From assembly GCA_964629335.1 (NCBI GenBank), contig CAZVRH010000001.1:14788-78787 (forward strand): a stretch of 64,000 nt of DNA, given 5' to 3'. The DNA is from an uncultured Woeseia sp. GTDB taxonomy: Bacteria; Pseudomonadota; Gammaproteobacteria; Steroidobacterales; UBA11654. Positions 8,693-18,191 of this stretch are shown piece by piece; positions within the stretch are counted from its first letter, which is position 1, and each line of letters begins with the position of its first letter. The translations under genes and the position numbers were made by a program. Below the pieces are notes generated by a model. That model was not told the origin of the DNA. It did no database searches and worked only from the letters and a program-made list of their open reading frames with translations.

Positions 8693-9786
8693 ACATTGAA
8701 TCTGAAATAAATTACATCTCCCTCCTTAACAATATAATCCTTTCCTTCTAGTCTTAGCTTGCCTTGAGACTTGCTACCTTGTTCACCTTTATATTTGATG
8801 TAATCATCATATGAAATTACTTCGGCTTTAATAAAACCTCTTTCGAAATCTGTGTGTATTGCTGCAGCTGCTTTTGGAGCCTTTGAATTTCGTTTGACAG
8901 ACCAGGACCTTACTTCCTTGGGACCTGCTGTGAAAAATGTTTGAAGATCAAGTAGTGTGTACGAAGACCGTATTAATTTATTGATTGCTGGCTCATTTAG
9001 CTGAAGCTCTTTCAGAAACTCTTCCTTCTCAGCAGTATCTAATTTAGAAATCTCAGCTTCTAGTGAAACGCAAAGAGAAACTATTACTGTGTCTTGAGTT
9101 TCATCCACATACTTCTCTAATTGCTGAACATGTTTATTAACATTAGTTATCGAAGACTCATCAATATTTGCTACGTACAACATGGGCTTTCCTGTAAGTA
9201 GGCATAATTCTTTCATCAACTGTTTTTCATCCTTAGCCACTGAAAATGACCGGGCTGGATGATTTGAGCTTAAATGATCCATTAGATTTGTTAAAAAAGC
9301 TTTTTTTGCTAATTGCTCCTTATCACCCGTCTTAGATTGCTTTTCTGCTCTTAAAAGTTGTTTTTCCAAGGTTTGGATATCGGCTAGTAATAGTTCAGTG
9401 TTGATAATCTCAAGATCTTCTAATGGGTTAATCTGATCAGAGACATGCATGATATTTCTATCCTCAAAACAACGAACGACATGAATAATGGCATCTGTTT
9501 CTCGAATGTTTGCTAAAAATTTATTACCCAATCCTTCGCCCTCTGAGGCGCCTTTAACCAGTCCTGCTATATCAACAAACTCAATAACACTAGGTATGAC
9601 CTCTTCTGGATTAGCTATTGCTGCTAATTGATCCAACCTTTGATCGGGAACACTGACAATACCAATATTTGGCTCAATGGTAGTAAAAGGGTAGTTCTCA
9701 GCTTCAGCGGATCCGTCTGATAAGAGGTTAAATAGTGTCGATTTCCCAACATTTGGAATTCCGATTATGCCGCATCGAATACCCAT
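8689..9786 (-). CDS. ychF: redox-regulated ribosome-binding ATPase YchF
   Basis: 365 aa. P-loop [15 protein letters not shown], a TGS-like C terminus, and the conserved position next to pth. Confidence 0.95.
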   Translation of the reverse strand: MGIRCGIIGIPNVGKSTLFNLLSDGSAEAENYPFTTIEPNIGIVSVPDQRLDQLAAIANPEEVIPSVIEFVDIAGLVKGASEGEGLGNKFLANIRETDAIIHVVRCFEDRNIMHVSDQINPLEDLEIINTELLLADIQTLEKQLLRAEKQSKTGDKEQLAKKAFLTNLMDHLSSNHPARSFSVAKDEKQLMKELCLLTGKPMLYVANIDESSITNVNKHVQQLEKYVDETQDTVIVSLCVSLEAEISKLDTAEKEEFLKELQLNEPAINKLIRSSYTLLDLQTFFTAGPKEVRSWSVKRNSKAPKAAAAIHTDFERGFIKAEVISYDDYIKYKGEQGSKSQGKLRLEGKDYIVKEGDVIYFRFNV

Positions 9787-9788
9787 TG

Positions 9789-10826
9789 CTATAAATTATT
9801 ATTGATCTGTTTATAAGCCAACTCGGCACCTAGACCCAAAGCTCTTATCTTTCTCTTAGCAACATCTACAGAAATTGGAGCCATGCCACAATTACTGCAG
9901 GCAATTAATCTTTCAGAATCCATATGTTTAAGCGCTTCTAAGATATTGTCTTTGACCTCATCTGCCGTTTCTATATGATCATTAACTACTCCAATCACTC
10001 CAACCATGATTTCTTTATCTGGGAGTAGACGCATGAGTTCTGGTGGAACATTTGAACCAGCAAATTCTAATGAAATCTGGTCAATATTACTTTTATTGAT
10101 TTCAGGAAAAAGTGATTCGTATTCTTTCCATTGATCTCCCAATGTTTTTTTCCAATTAAGATTTTCCTCTATTCCATAACCATAACAAATATGAACAGCA
10201 GTCTTGCAATCAAGATTAGCTGCAGCTATTCCCAATGCCTCCATACCCCAGTCAATAGATTCATTGGTGAATGAGTTAAATGCTGGCTCATCAAATTGAA
10301 TGATATCAATCCCTGCGTTTGCTAGTTCCTTGGCTTCATCATTTAGAAGCTCTGCGAAATGCATGGCCATATCCTGTGATGAGGTGTAATAATCGTTGGC
10401 AATTGTATCGGAGATGGTAAGTGGTCCGGGGAGAGTAAATTTAGTGATGCTTTCTGTATTTTCTCTTAGAAAACTGGCTTCCTTAAGATGCACAGAGCCT
10501 TGTCTTTGAACCGCATCAGTTACCGTGGGGACTTCTACTGTGTATCGGTCATTTCTAATGCCCATTTGGGTTTTTTTATCCCAATCTATACCGCTGATCT
10601 TTTCCAGGAAGCCATGAACAAAATGTATACGAAATTGCTCGCCTTCAGAAACAATCTTTAAGCCTGCATTTTCCTGCTCCTCAATCCAAAGCTTGGCTGA
10701 TTTTTTTTGCTTATCCCAAAGCTCATCACCTGAGACCTTCCATTGAGGCCATAAAGTTTGTGTCTCAGCAAGCCAATCATATTTTGGCAAGCTTCCAGCA
10801 GTGGTCGCTTTAAAAATTTTTTTCAT
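9789..10826 (-). CDS. single-domain cobalamin-independent methionine synthase family protein (core-MetE, Meth_synt_2 domain only)
   Basis: 345 aa. Has IIQFDEPAF, the Zn ligands H-I-C (VHICYGYG) and a C-terminal Cys (ACSNCGM). There is no N-terminal folate-binding barrel. Confidence 0.75.
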   Translation of the reverse strand: MKKIFKATTAGSLPKYDWLAETQTLWPQWKVSGDELWDKQKKSAKLWIEEQENAGLKIVSEGEQFRIHFVHGFLEKISGIDWDKKTQMGIRNDRYTVEVPTVTDAVQRQGSVHLKEASFLRENTESITKFTLPGPLTISDTIANDYYTSSQDMAMHFAELLNDEAKELANAGIDIIQFDEPAFNSFTNESIDWGMEALGIAAANLDCKTAVHICYGYGIEENLNWKKTLGDQWKEYESLFPEINKSNIDQISLEFAGSNVPPELMRLLPDKEIMVGVIGVVNDHIETADEVKDNILEALKHMDSERLIACSNCGMAPISVDVAKRKIRALGLGAELAYKQINNNL

Positions 10827-10827
10827 T

Positions 10828-11412
10828 TTACTGGTTAAAATGATTCATGGCCTCATCAAGACCGCGATCTAATATTATTTCAATGCTCTCTATTGCATCA
10901 AGTTTTGAACCTTCTATTTTGTCTTTATCGTTTTGTGAAGGGTTCTTAAGTACATAGTCAATCACCTCTCCTTTTGATGGATGACCTATGCCAATTCTGA
11001 TTCTTGTAAAATCTGAACTTCCACAACATTGGATGATATCTCTTAAGCCGTTGTGTCCAGCATGCCCTCCTCCAAACTTGAGTTGCAGGTTGCCTGGCTC
11101 TATATCCAGATCATCATGAATCACACAAATGTCTTCGGGTTTTAGTTTATAGAATTTTATTAACTGATTAACTGAATAACCACTCTCATTCATAAATTTT
11201 GACGGCTTAAAGAGAATAATCTCTTGATCTCTTAGATTTGTCTTAATAAATACACCAGAAACTTTTGCATGTTTCTTGAAATCAATTAAGTCATATTTAT
11301 CCGAGAGCTTATCTAAAACTTGATAACCAAGATTGTGTCTGTTTCTAGTGTAGCGTTTACCTGGATTTCCCAACCCAATAAAGACTCTGGGAATAAGTTT
11401 TTGAGGTCGCAT
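10828..11412 (-). CDS. pth: peptidyl-tRNA hydrolase
   Basis: 194 aa. Carries the FIGLGNPGKRYTRNRHNLG signature. Confidence 0.95.
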   Translation of the reverse strand: MRPQKLIPRVFIGLGNPGKRYTRNRHNLGYQVLDKLSDKYDLIDFKKHAKVSGVFIKTNLRDQEIILFKPSKFMNESGYSVNQLIKFYKLKPEDICVIHDDLDIEPGNLQLKFGGGHAGHNGLRDIIQCCGSSDFTRIRIGIGHPSKGEVIDYVLKNPSQNDKDKIEGSKLDAIESIEIILDRGLDEAMNHFNQ

Positions 11413-11430
11413 AAGAATACTATACTATTG

Positions 11431-12153
11431 CTATTCTTTATTTTCCTCGGTATCTCCTTCAGCAGCCTTATCTCCAGTCTCCTCAGCTCCTTCAGCTCCT
11501 TCTTCGCCTTCAGCTTCAGCCCCTTCTTCAAGAGCTTCCTCATCAGCTTCGGGTTCAATCTCCTCTTCTGCAATTCTAAGTAATCTAACAGCAACGATTG
11601 GCTCATTAACAGGTTCCTCTTGAGTGAGTAGAGAAATTTCAACACCTTCTGGAAGAACAATATCTTCCAAATAGAGCATCTCATCTAATTTAAGATCGAT
11701 GACATCCACCTCAATTTTTTCAGGTAAATTTTTCGGTAAGCAACTGACTTCTATTTCATTCATTAGTGGTGTTACTGTGCCTCCCTCAAGTTTTACACCT
11801 TCAGACATTTCTTCATTTATAAATTGAAGAGGAATGCTCACTTTAATAACCTGATCCGCTATAACTCGTTGGAGATCTAGATGTATTATTTGTCGCTTTG
11901 AAGGGTGAACTTGTACATTTTTTATAAGAACAGATTCTTGTTTATCATCAATTTGTATATTGAGAATACTATTGAGAAAACTTTCATTAGCTAATTTTCT
12001 TAGGAGTTGATTATGATCAATGGCCAGGTTTAAGGTCTCTTTTTCAGCACCGTAAATAACTGCTGGAACCATACCAGCATGCCTCATTCGTCTAGAATGA
12101 GAAGTTCCAGATTCGTCTCTTGATTCAGCAATTAAATCTATTTCATTAGCCAT
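11431..12153 (-). CDS. rplY: 50S ribosomal protein L25/general stress protein Ctc, with acidic C-terminal tail
   Basis: 240 aa. N terminus SRDESGTSHSRRMRHAGMVPAVIYG is typical of L25/Ctc. The last ~45 aa are Glu/Ala/Gly-rich. Confidence 0.9.
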   Translation of the reverse strand: MANEIDLIAESRDESGTSHSRRMRHAGMVPAVIYGAEKETLNLAIDHNQLLRKLANESFLNSILNIQIDDKQESVLIKNVQVHPSKRQIIHLDLQRVIADQVIKVSIPLQFINEEMSEGVKLEGGTVTPLMNEIEVSCLPKNLPEKIEVDVIDLKLDEMLYLEDIVLPEGVEISLLTQEEPVNEPIVAVRLLRIAEEEIEPEADEEALEEGAEAEGEEGAEGAEETGDKAAEGDTEENKE

Positions 12154-12249
12154 GATTTTTCTTTTAGAAACTATTTATCCTTAAAATGGGGGGAAATAAT
12201 AACCGATGTTGTGATATGTGGCTAGTGAAAAATATTTCTTCAGTAAAGA

Positions 12250-13203
12250 CTAATCGGCATAGAGAGAACTCACAGACGCATCATCAATCATTCTCTGTAT
12301 GGTTTCACCTAATAGCTCAGCTATGGATAATTGCCTAATCTTACCAATGGCTTGAGCTTCCTCACACAGCGGTATTGTGTCTGTGACAACTAGTTCATCG
12401 AGTTCTGACTCTTCTATCCTTTCAAGAGCAGGTCCAGACAAGACAGGGTGTGCTGCGTATGCCACGGTTTTAATAGCCCCTTTTTCTTTAAGAGCTGAAG
12501 CTGCATTGCACAACGTTCCAGCTGTGTCGACCATGTCATCAAATAAGATTGTTGTTTTACCATCTACATCTCCAATGATGTTCATGACTTCTGATTTATT
12601 AGCTGCTTCTCTTCTTTTGTCAATGATAGCTAGACCTGCATTATCAAGGCGTCTTGCTATAGCTCGAGCACGTAAAACACCTCCCACATCAGGGGAAACA
12701 ATCACTTGTTCATCATATTTCTGTCTCCAAATATCACTTAGCAGCACTTGCGATGAATAAATATTATCTACAGGAATTGAGAAAAAACCCTCTATCTGGT
12801 CCGCATGAAGGTCTACCGTGATGAGTCTCTGTATGCCAGCAGTTTCCATCAGATTAGCGACCAGTTTTGCTGAAACAGGGCCCCGAGTGTTTCTTGGTCT
12901 TCTGTCTTGCCTTGAATAACCAAAGTAAGGAACGACTGCTGAGATAGACTTTGCAGATGCCCGCTTGCAAGCATCTGCCATCAATAAAAGTTGCATGAGA
13001 TGTTCATTGGCCGGTTCATATGTAGACTGCATAAGAAAAACATGCATCCCTCGAATATTTTCTGAAATCTCTATGCTGGTCTCCGAATCACTAAACCGAT
13101 TGACCTGCATCCAGCCAAGAGGTTGATTGAGATAACGTCCTACTAAGCTCCCTAATGCGCTAGATGCTGGACCCGCAAATAGAATTAATTTATCTCTATC
13201 CAT
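12250..13203 (-). CDS. prs: ribose-phosphate pyrophosphokinase
   Basis: 317 aa. Has [12 protein letters not shown], the PRPP-binding DDMVDTAGT motif, and conserved synteny. Confidence 0.95.
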   Translation of the reverse strand: MDRDKLILFAGPASSALGSLVGRYLNQPLGWMQVNRFSDSETSIEISENIRGMHVFLMQSTYEPANEHLMQLLLMADACKRASAKSISAVVPYFGYSRQDRRPRNTRGPVSAKLVANLMETAGIQRLITVDLHADQIEGFFSIPVDNIYSSQVLLSDIWRQKYDEQVIVSPDVGGVLRARAIARRLDNAGLAIIDKRREAANKSEVMNIIGDVDGKTTILFDDMVDTAGTLCNAASALKEKGAIKTVAYAAHPVLSGPALERIEESELDELVVTDTIPLCEEAQAIGKIRQLSIAELLGETIQRMIDDASVSSLYAD

Positions 13204-13245
13204 TGTACTCTTGACTCGTTTTTGTGTTATTAATCATATGTCTTC

Positions 13246-13320
13246 TGGCTGGGGTGGCAGGATTCGAACCTGCGAATCACGGGATCAAAACCCGTTGCCT
13301 TACCGCTTGGCTACACCCCA
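13246..13320 (-). tRNA. tRNA-Gln (UUG)
   Basis: Reverse complement is TGGGGTGTAGCCAAGCGGTAAGGCAACGGGTTTTGATCCCGTGATTCGCAGGTTCGAATCCTGCCACCCCAGCCA. It forms a cloverleaf with a TTTTGAT anticodon loop and is near-identical in layout to enterobacterial tRNA-Gln. Confidence 0.95.
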
Positions 13321-13350
13321 TGATAAAAACTTTTTTATTACAATGGGGTC

Positions 13351-13379
13351 ATTCTGAAGTTGCTTGATTACCGTGTCAA
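13351..13379 (-). promoter_or_regulatory. candidate sigma70 promoter for tRNA-Gln (and possibly prs)
   Basis: Minus strand reads TTGACA-17 nt-CAGAAT, ending ~30 nt upstream of the tRNA 5' end. This is sequence match only. Confidence 0.35.
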
Positions 13380-13397
13380 GCGAGTGGTTTGGATAAT

Positions 13398-14039
13398 TCA
13401 TTTGTTTTCAAAAAATTTTTGAGAAAAAGTTAATTCATAAAACTCATTTGAAACCAAAACTTTCTTTGGTAAAAAAATATCTTCAAAATTTGTATACGTC
13501 TCAAAACGGATATCGTGATAGGGAATTTCAATTGATTCCAGCATACCCAATTTACCTCTAACCATCTTGTTTACTGGTAAAGATGAGGTGCGAGCTATCA
13601 ATAGAGAGGATAAAGTAAAGTTTAATGACTCAATAATTTCTAGCTCTGTGCTTGAAAACGATATATTTGAATTCTTGAGCAGGGCTTTTAAATCCTCCGC
13701 ATTAGATGAAAGTACGCTTCTACCAAAGAAATCTGTTAATAAGATATAGTCTTTGTTATCTTGATGGTCTATTTTGTAATTCCCTAAAAAATTATCCTCT
13801 TTTGTTTTTAATGACACGGCTCCTGAAATACTGAAGTTACGAGTATTTTGGATTCTCATTTGGTTATTTTCCCAGTTAACTGTTTGATTTTTAAGCTGAA
13901 CATTACTGCAGCTCAAAATAAAGGATGTGACTACAATAATGCCCAAGATCGATAAATAACGACTCTTTATATATTTTTTGAGTATAAAATAGTCACTGAA
14001 TATTTTTTTTATACCTATGAAAGATTCAATCATAAACAA
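13398..14039 (-). CDS. lolB: outer-membrane lipoprotein LolB (start uncertain: TTG 14039 or ATG 14033)
   Basis: Lipobox FILSC. The pattern W-x3-Q-x9-F-x-x-S-G-A and DYILLTDFFG resembles LolB. Its position next to prs, divergent from prfA, matches Pseudomonas. Confidence 0.65.
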   Translation of the reverse strand: MFMIESFIGIKKIFSDYFILKKYIKSRYLSILGIIVVTSFILSCSNVQLKNQTVNWENNQMRIQNTRNFSISGAVSLKTKEDNFLGNYKIDHQDNKDYILLTDFFGRSVLSSNAEDLKALLKNSNISFSSTELEIIESLNFTLSSLLIARTSSLPVNKMVRGKLGMLESIEIPYHDIRFETYTNFEDIFLPKKVLVSNEFYELTFSQKFFENK

Positions 14040-15099
14040 ACTAACGATTATTAAGGAACAGTACCATTCTATTGGAAATCAACTGTCAGATGAAGCTACG
14101 CAAAAGAATAATAAGTTGATGGTTGAACTCTCCAAAGAAATCTCCCGTATAGAACCGGTTGTAAAACTATTTGAAAAATATTTATCTTTAATGCAAGAAC
14201 AAGAGAACACGACAGTACTCATTACAGAAAAAGACGGTGATCTACAAGCGCTAGCTAAAGAAGAAATTGAAATTATTGATAATCAACTCCAAGAGATAGA
14301 GCAAGAAATTCTTCCGCTCCTGCTTACGGATGACCCAAGAGATAAGAGCGACATCTATTTAGAGATAAGAGCAGGCACAGGCGGTCAAGAAGCAGCTATT
14401 TTTGCAGGTGATATTTTCAGAATGTACGCCAGATATTGTGAAGAACAAAACTGGTCTGTAGAAATATTAAATCAGAATGAAAGCGGTCAAGGAGGATTTA
14501 AAGAAATTATAGCTCGTGTTCTAGGCCAAGGTGTATTCTCCAAACTTAAATTTGAGTCAGGTACGCACCGCGTTCAAAGAATTCCTAAAACTGAGTCACA
14601 AGGCAGAATTCATACTTCGGCTTGTACTGTCGCTGTTATTCCTGAAGTCGATGAAGTAGACGAAATTGAAATCAATGCCAATGATCTAAGAGTTGACACT
14701 TTTAGGGCATCCGGTGCAGGTGGACAGCATGTCAACAAAACCGATTCAGCAGTTCGTCTCACTCACATTCCAACGGGGACAGTTGCTGAGTGCCAGGACA
14801 ATAGATCTCAGCATAAAAACAAAGCCAAAGCCATGAGTCTCCTTAAAGCTAGAATTTATGACATGGAGCAAAAAAAGATAGCGGATCAACAAGCTCAAGA
14901 AAGAAAGATGATGGTAGGGAGTGGCGATAGATCTGAAAGAATTAGAACGTATAACTTTCCACAAGGCAGAATTACCGATCACCGTATAGGACTGACCCTT
15001 TATAATCTTGCAGAAGTAATGGAAGGGGATTTGAGCAACCTAATTGAGTCCTTGGCTCAAGAAAATGCAGCTAAACAAATGTCCCAGTTAGATAATTAA
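14017..15099 (+). CDS. prfA: peptide chain release factor 1
   Basis: 360 aa. Has the GGQHVNKTDSAVRLTHIPTG motif, a PxT tripeptide (PKT), and N terminus MKDSIINKL like RF1. Confidence 0.97.
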   Translation: MKDSIINKLTIIKEQYHSIGNQLSDEATQKNNKLMVELSKEISRIEPVVKLFEKYLSLMQEQENTTVLITEKDGDLQALAKEEIEIIDNQLQEIEQEILPLLLTDDPRDKSDIYLEIRAGTGGQEAAIFAGDIFRMYARYCEEQNWSVEILNQNESGQGGFKEIIARVLGQGVFSKLKFESGTHRVQRIPKTESQGRIHTSACTVAVIPEVDEVDEIEINANDLRVDTFRASGAGGQHVNKTDSAVRLTHIPTGTVAECQDNRSQHKNKAKAMSLLKARIYDMEQKKIADQQAQERKMMVGSGDRSERIRTYNFPQGRITDHRIGLTLYNLAEVMEGDLSNLIESLAQENAAKQMSQLDN

Positions 15100-15106
15100 T
15101 CAATTC

Positions 15107-15952
15107 GTGATGAAAGAACATTCTAGCGATAATATTATTGAACAAGCCACTAATTATTTATCGTCAATTACAGAAAATCCGAGATTAGAATCTGAAATTT
15201 TACTGGCTGATCTGTTGCAAAAAGACAGAACAGATTTTTACAAGAGAAACATATCGATTGATGATGCGTCGTATAGAAAATACCAAACTATATTATCTAA
15301 AAGGCATCTAGGCATGCCTCTAGCTTATCTCACTGGTAAGAAAGAATTTTGGTCAGTTCTCTTAGAAGTGAATGAACATGTACTAATCCCTAGACCTGAA
15401 ACAGAACTGTTAGTTGAGCAATGTCTTTTAATTATCAATAACTATGAGAACCCTAGCGTTCTAGAACTTGGTACTGGCTCAGGGGCAATATCAATAGCAT
15501 TAGCAAAAGAACATTCTCAAATTCCATTCACAGCCACTGATCTTTCGACTAAAGCACTTAATTTAGCAAGGCAAAATGCCATTCAAAATCATGTAACCAA
15601 TGTTAGCTTTAAACAATCCGATTGGTTTCAAGGGATCTCTGAACAATTCAGCATCATCGTCAGCAATCCACCTTATGTGGATCGAGATGAATTAACGCGA
15701 GACCAGATTTTGAAACTATATTATGAACCTGAAATAGCTTTATACGCTGATGATTCAGGACAATCTGCTCTGAGTCATATTATTAAAACCAGCCATCAGT
15801 TTTTAAATAAAAATGGGTTTCTTTTATTAGAGCATGGCTACAATCAACAAGATTTTTGTCAAAAACAGATGCATGAGAGTGGGTACACTAACGTCATGAC
15901 CTATAAGGACTCCAATCATCTTCCAAGAGTTACAATGGGACAAATCAAGTAG
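15107..15952 (+). CDS. prmC: release factor glutamine N5-methyltransferase PrmC
   Basis: 281 aa. Has LELGTGSGAISIAL and the NPPY motif (VSNPPYV), and follows prfA. Confidence 0.9.
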   Translation: MMKEHSSDNIIEQATNYLSSITENPRLESEILLADLLQKDRTDFYKRNISIDDASYRKYQTILSKRHLGMPLAYLTGKKEFWSVLLEVNEHVLIPRPETELLVEQCLLIINNYENPSVLELGTGSGAISIALAKEHSQIPFTATDLSTKALNLARQNAIQNHVTNVSFKQSDWFQGISEQFSIIVSNPPYVDRDELTRDQILKLYYEPEIALYADDSGQSALSHIIKTSHQFLNKNGFLLLEHGYNQQDFCQKQMHESGYTNVMTYKDSNHLPRVTMGQIK

Positions 15953-15954
15953 AG

Positions 15955-16689
15955 ATGGCTAAGAGTTTAAGATACATAAGTCATCATAACCTAGAGGGTT
16001 TTGGTGAAAAAGCTCAGCAAAAGCTATCTAAAAGTTCTGCGGTAATAATTGGGATTGGCGGTCTTGGTTCAGCTGCAAGCCTTTATCTGACAGTGTCAGG
16101 ATTGGGTAGATTAACTTTGATCGACTACGATACAGTTGATGAATCTAACCTGTCTAGACAGATTTTATTTCAGAAAACAGATATCGGTATGAATAAAGCA
16201 CACGTTGCTAAAGAAAAACTCAAGAAATTTAATGAAACTGCTTCAATTCATTCTGTAAATAAAAAACCTTCGATAAGTGAGCTTAAAAATTACGTGAATG
16301 AATGTGATGTAATTATCGACGCAACGGACAATCTTGAATCGAGGTTAATGATAAATCAAGTTGCATATGAGCTAAAAAAACCTCTTTGTATCGGAGCAGC
16401 AATCCGTTATGAAGGACATCTGATCACTATTTTAAATAAAAGAACCGATCAAAGTTGTCTCAATTGTCTCTATGATTTAGGTGATGATAGTCTTCTAGAT
16501 TGTCAAGGAATTGGGGTCATTTCACCCGTGGTCGGGATCATGGGCTCCATGATGGCAATGGAATGCATAAAAACCATTTCAGGTTTAAATAACAATCAAA
16601 CAAATAAGGTTTCAATCTTTGACTTTAAAAATAATATCTATAACAGTATCGGTCTGAATAAGAGTGATGATTGCCCTGTATGTTCTTAG
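15955..16689 (+). CDS. moeB: MoeB/ThiF-family adenylyltransferase (molybdopterin-synthase adenylyltransferase-like)
   Basis: 244 aa. Has IIGIGGLGSAASLYL...DYDTVDESNLSRQILF and CxxC pairs (CLNC, CPVC). The position after prmC matches Pseudomonas. Confidence 0.8.
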   Translation: MAKSLRYISHHNLEGFGEKAQQKLSKSSAVIIGIGGLGSAASLYLTVSGLGRLTLIDYDTVDESNLSRQILFQKTDIGMNKAHVAKEKLKKFNETASIHSVNKKPSISELKNYVNECDVIIDATDNLESRLMINQVAYELKKPLCIGAAIRYEGHLITILNKRTDQSCLNCLYDLGDDSLLDCQGIGVISPVVGIMGSMMAMECIKTISGLNNNQTNKVSIFDFKNNIYNSIGLNKSDDCPVCS

Positions 16690-16754
16690 ATATTCTTTAA
16701 TATTGATGTTAAATGATTTGATCTTCGTTGATCTTCTTAGAAAAAGAATATACC

Positions 16755-18191
16755 TTACTTAGACAATTCTTCAACCATCAGCTCATTGACTAGTCTTGGA
16801 TTAGCTGTACCTCGAGTCTTTTGCATCACTTGACCGATTAAAAACCCTAAAACCTGTTTTTTACCTGCAAGATATTGATTCTTTTGATCTTGATGTTCCG
16901 TTAACACTTCTCTAACCACTAATTTGATCTCGTCTTTGTCACTAATTTGTTTTAATCCTTGCTGTTCTATCAGATGATCAACCTCTAACGCGCCGTCTTT
17001 TAATTGTTGAAGCAAATTTTTTGCTATTGTTGTAGATATGGTACCGTCATCAATTCTCTCGATTAATTGAGCCAATGATTTTGGAGTTACAGATAGATCT
17101 TTAACCGGGATATTCTCTTTATTACTAATGGCCATGATTTCTGAAAGTAACCAGTTAGCCAAATGTTGCGGTTGACCATTGTATGCTTTAAGAGCGTCTT
17201 CAAAATAATCGATCAAGTCTATACTTCTTGTAATTTCATAGGCATCTTCTTTCTTAATAGCTAGTTGATTAATATATCGATCAACTTTTTCTTCAAGTTT
17301 TTCTGGAAGAGTAATAGCGATTGCTTCTATGAGGTCTGCATCAATACTTATAGGTAATAAATCAGGGTCTGGAAAATATCTATAATCGTTCGCCTCTTCC
17401 TTGTTCCTCATAGATCTTGTTTCATCAAGATTAGAATCATAAAGACGTGTCTCTTGAATCACTTCTTTACCCTCCTCCAATAGCTCCTTCTGTCTTTCAA
17501 TCTCGTAATTTATTGCATTCTCTACAAACCTAAAAGAATTAATATTTTTTATTTCAGCTCTGGTTCCAAGTTTCTTATCACCTTTAGGCTTTAATGAAAC
17601 ATTAGCATCGCATCTAAAAGACCCTTCCTGCATATTTCCATCTGAAATTTTAAGGTAACGAACCAACTGATGCATTTTTTGCATATAAAGAGACGCTTCT
17701 TTGGCAGAACTAAGCTCCGGTTCCGAAACAATTTCCAAAAGGGGAGTTCCGGCTCTATTGAGATCAATTGCTGTCTCATTATCAAACTTATCGTGTATGG
17801 ATTTACCCGCGTCCTCCTCTAAATGTGCTCGAGTCACACCAATCCTTTTTTCCGTTCCATCATCAAGTCGAATAACCAATGATCCTGCCGCAACAATAGG
17901 GAGTTCGTATTGACTGATCTGATAACCCTTAGGCAAGTCAGGATAAAAATAGTTTTTTCTAGCAAAGATGGATCTGTTTGCAATCTTGGCATCTATCGCT
18001 AAACCAAATTTGATTGCCATCATCACAGCCTCTTTATTTAAGACCGGTAAAACGCCCGGATAGCCTAGATCCACTAAAGAAGTGTTGGTATTTTGCTCAG
18101 CACCATAACCTGTTGAAGCTCCTGAAAAAATCTTACTCTTGGTTGATAACTGAACATGAATCTCAAGACCAATGACTGTGTCCCAACTCAC
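16755..18191 (-). CDS. gatB: Asp-tRNA(Asn)/Glu-tRNA(Gln) amidotransferase subunit B
   Basis: 478 aa. N terminus WDTVIGLEIHVQL, in the gatCAB operon. Confidence 0.97.
   Translation of the reverse strand: MSWDTVIGLEIHVQLSTKSKIFSGASTGYGAEQNTNTSLVDLGYPGVLPVLNKEAVMMAIKFGLAIDAKIANRSIFARKNYFYPDLPKGYQISQYELPIVAAGSLVIRLDDGTEKRIGVTRAHLEEDAGKSIHDKFDNETAIDLNRAGTPLLEIVSEPELSSAKEASLYMQKMHQLVRYLKISDGNMQEGSFRCDANVSLKPKGDKKLGTRAEIKNINSFRFVENAINYEIERQKELLEEGKEVIQETRLYDSNLDETRSMRNKEEANDYRYFPDPDLLPISIDADLIEAIAITLPEKLEEKVDRYINQLAIKKEDAYEITRSIDLIDYFEDALKAYNGQPQHLANWLLSEIMAISNKENIPVKDLSVTPKSLAQLIERIDDGTISTTIAKNLLQQLKDGALEVDHLIEQQGLKQISDKDEIKLVVREVLTEHQDQKNQYLAGKKQVLGFLIGQVMQKTRGTANPRLVNELMVEELSK

Noticed and set aside
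11313-11684. 123-aa minus-strand and 87-aa plus-strand ORFs (11320-11583) spanning the pth start and the rplY 3' end.
   Set aside because: These are artefacts of the low-complexity GAA/GCT repeat that encodes the acidic L25 tail. Their products are Lys/Leu or Ser/Phe homopolymer-like, and both overlap bona fide genes.
16690-16751. 9-bp inverted repeat ATATTCTTT...AAAGAATAT between the convergent moeB and gatB stops, considered as a bidirectional terminator.
   Set aside because: The arms are 44 nt apart, AT-only, and lack a flanking T-tract. The predicted hairpin would be very weak. It is probably chance in AT-rich DNA.
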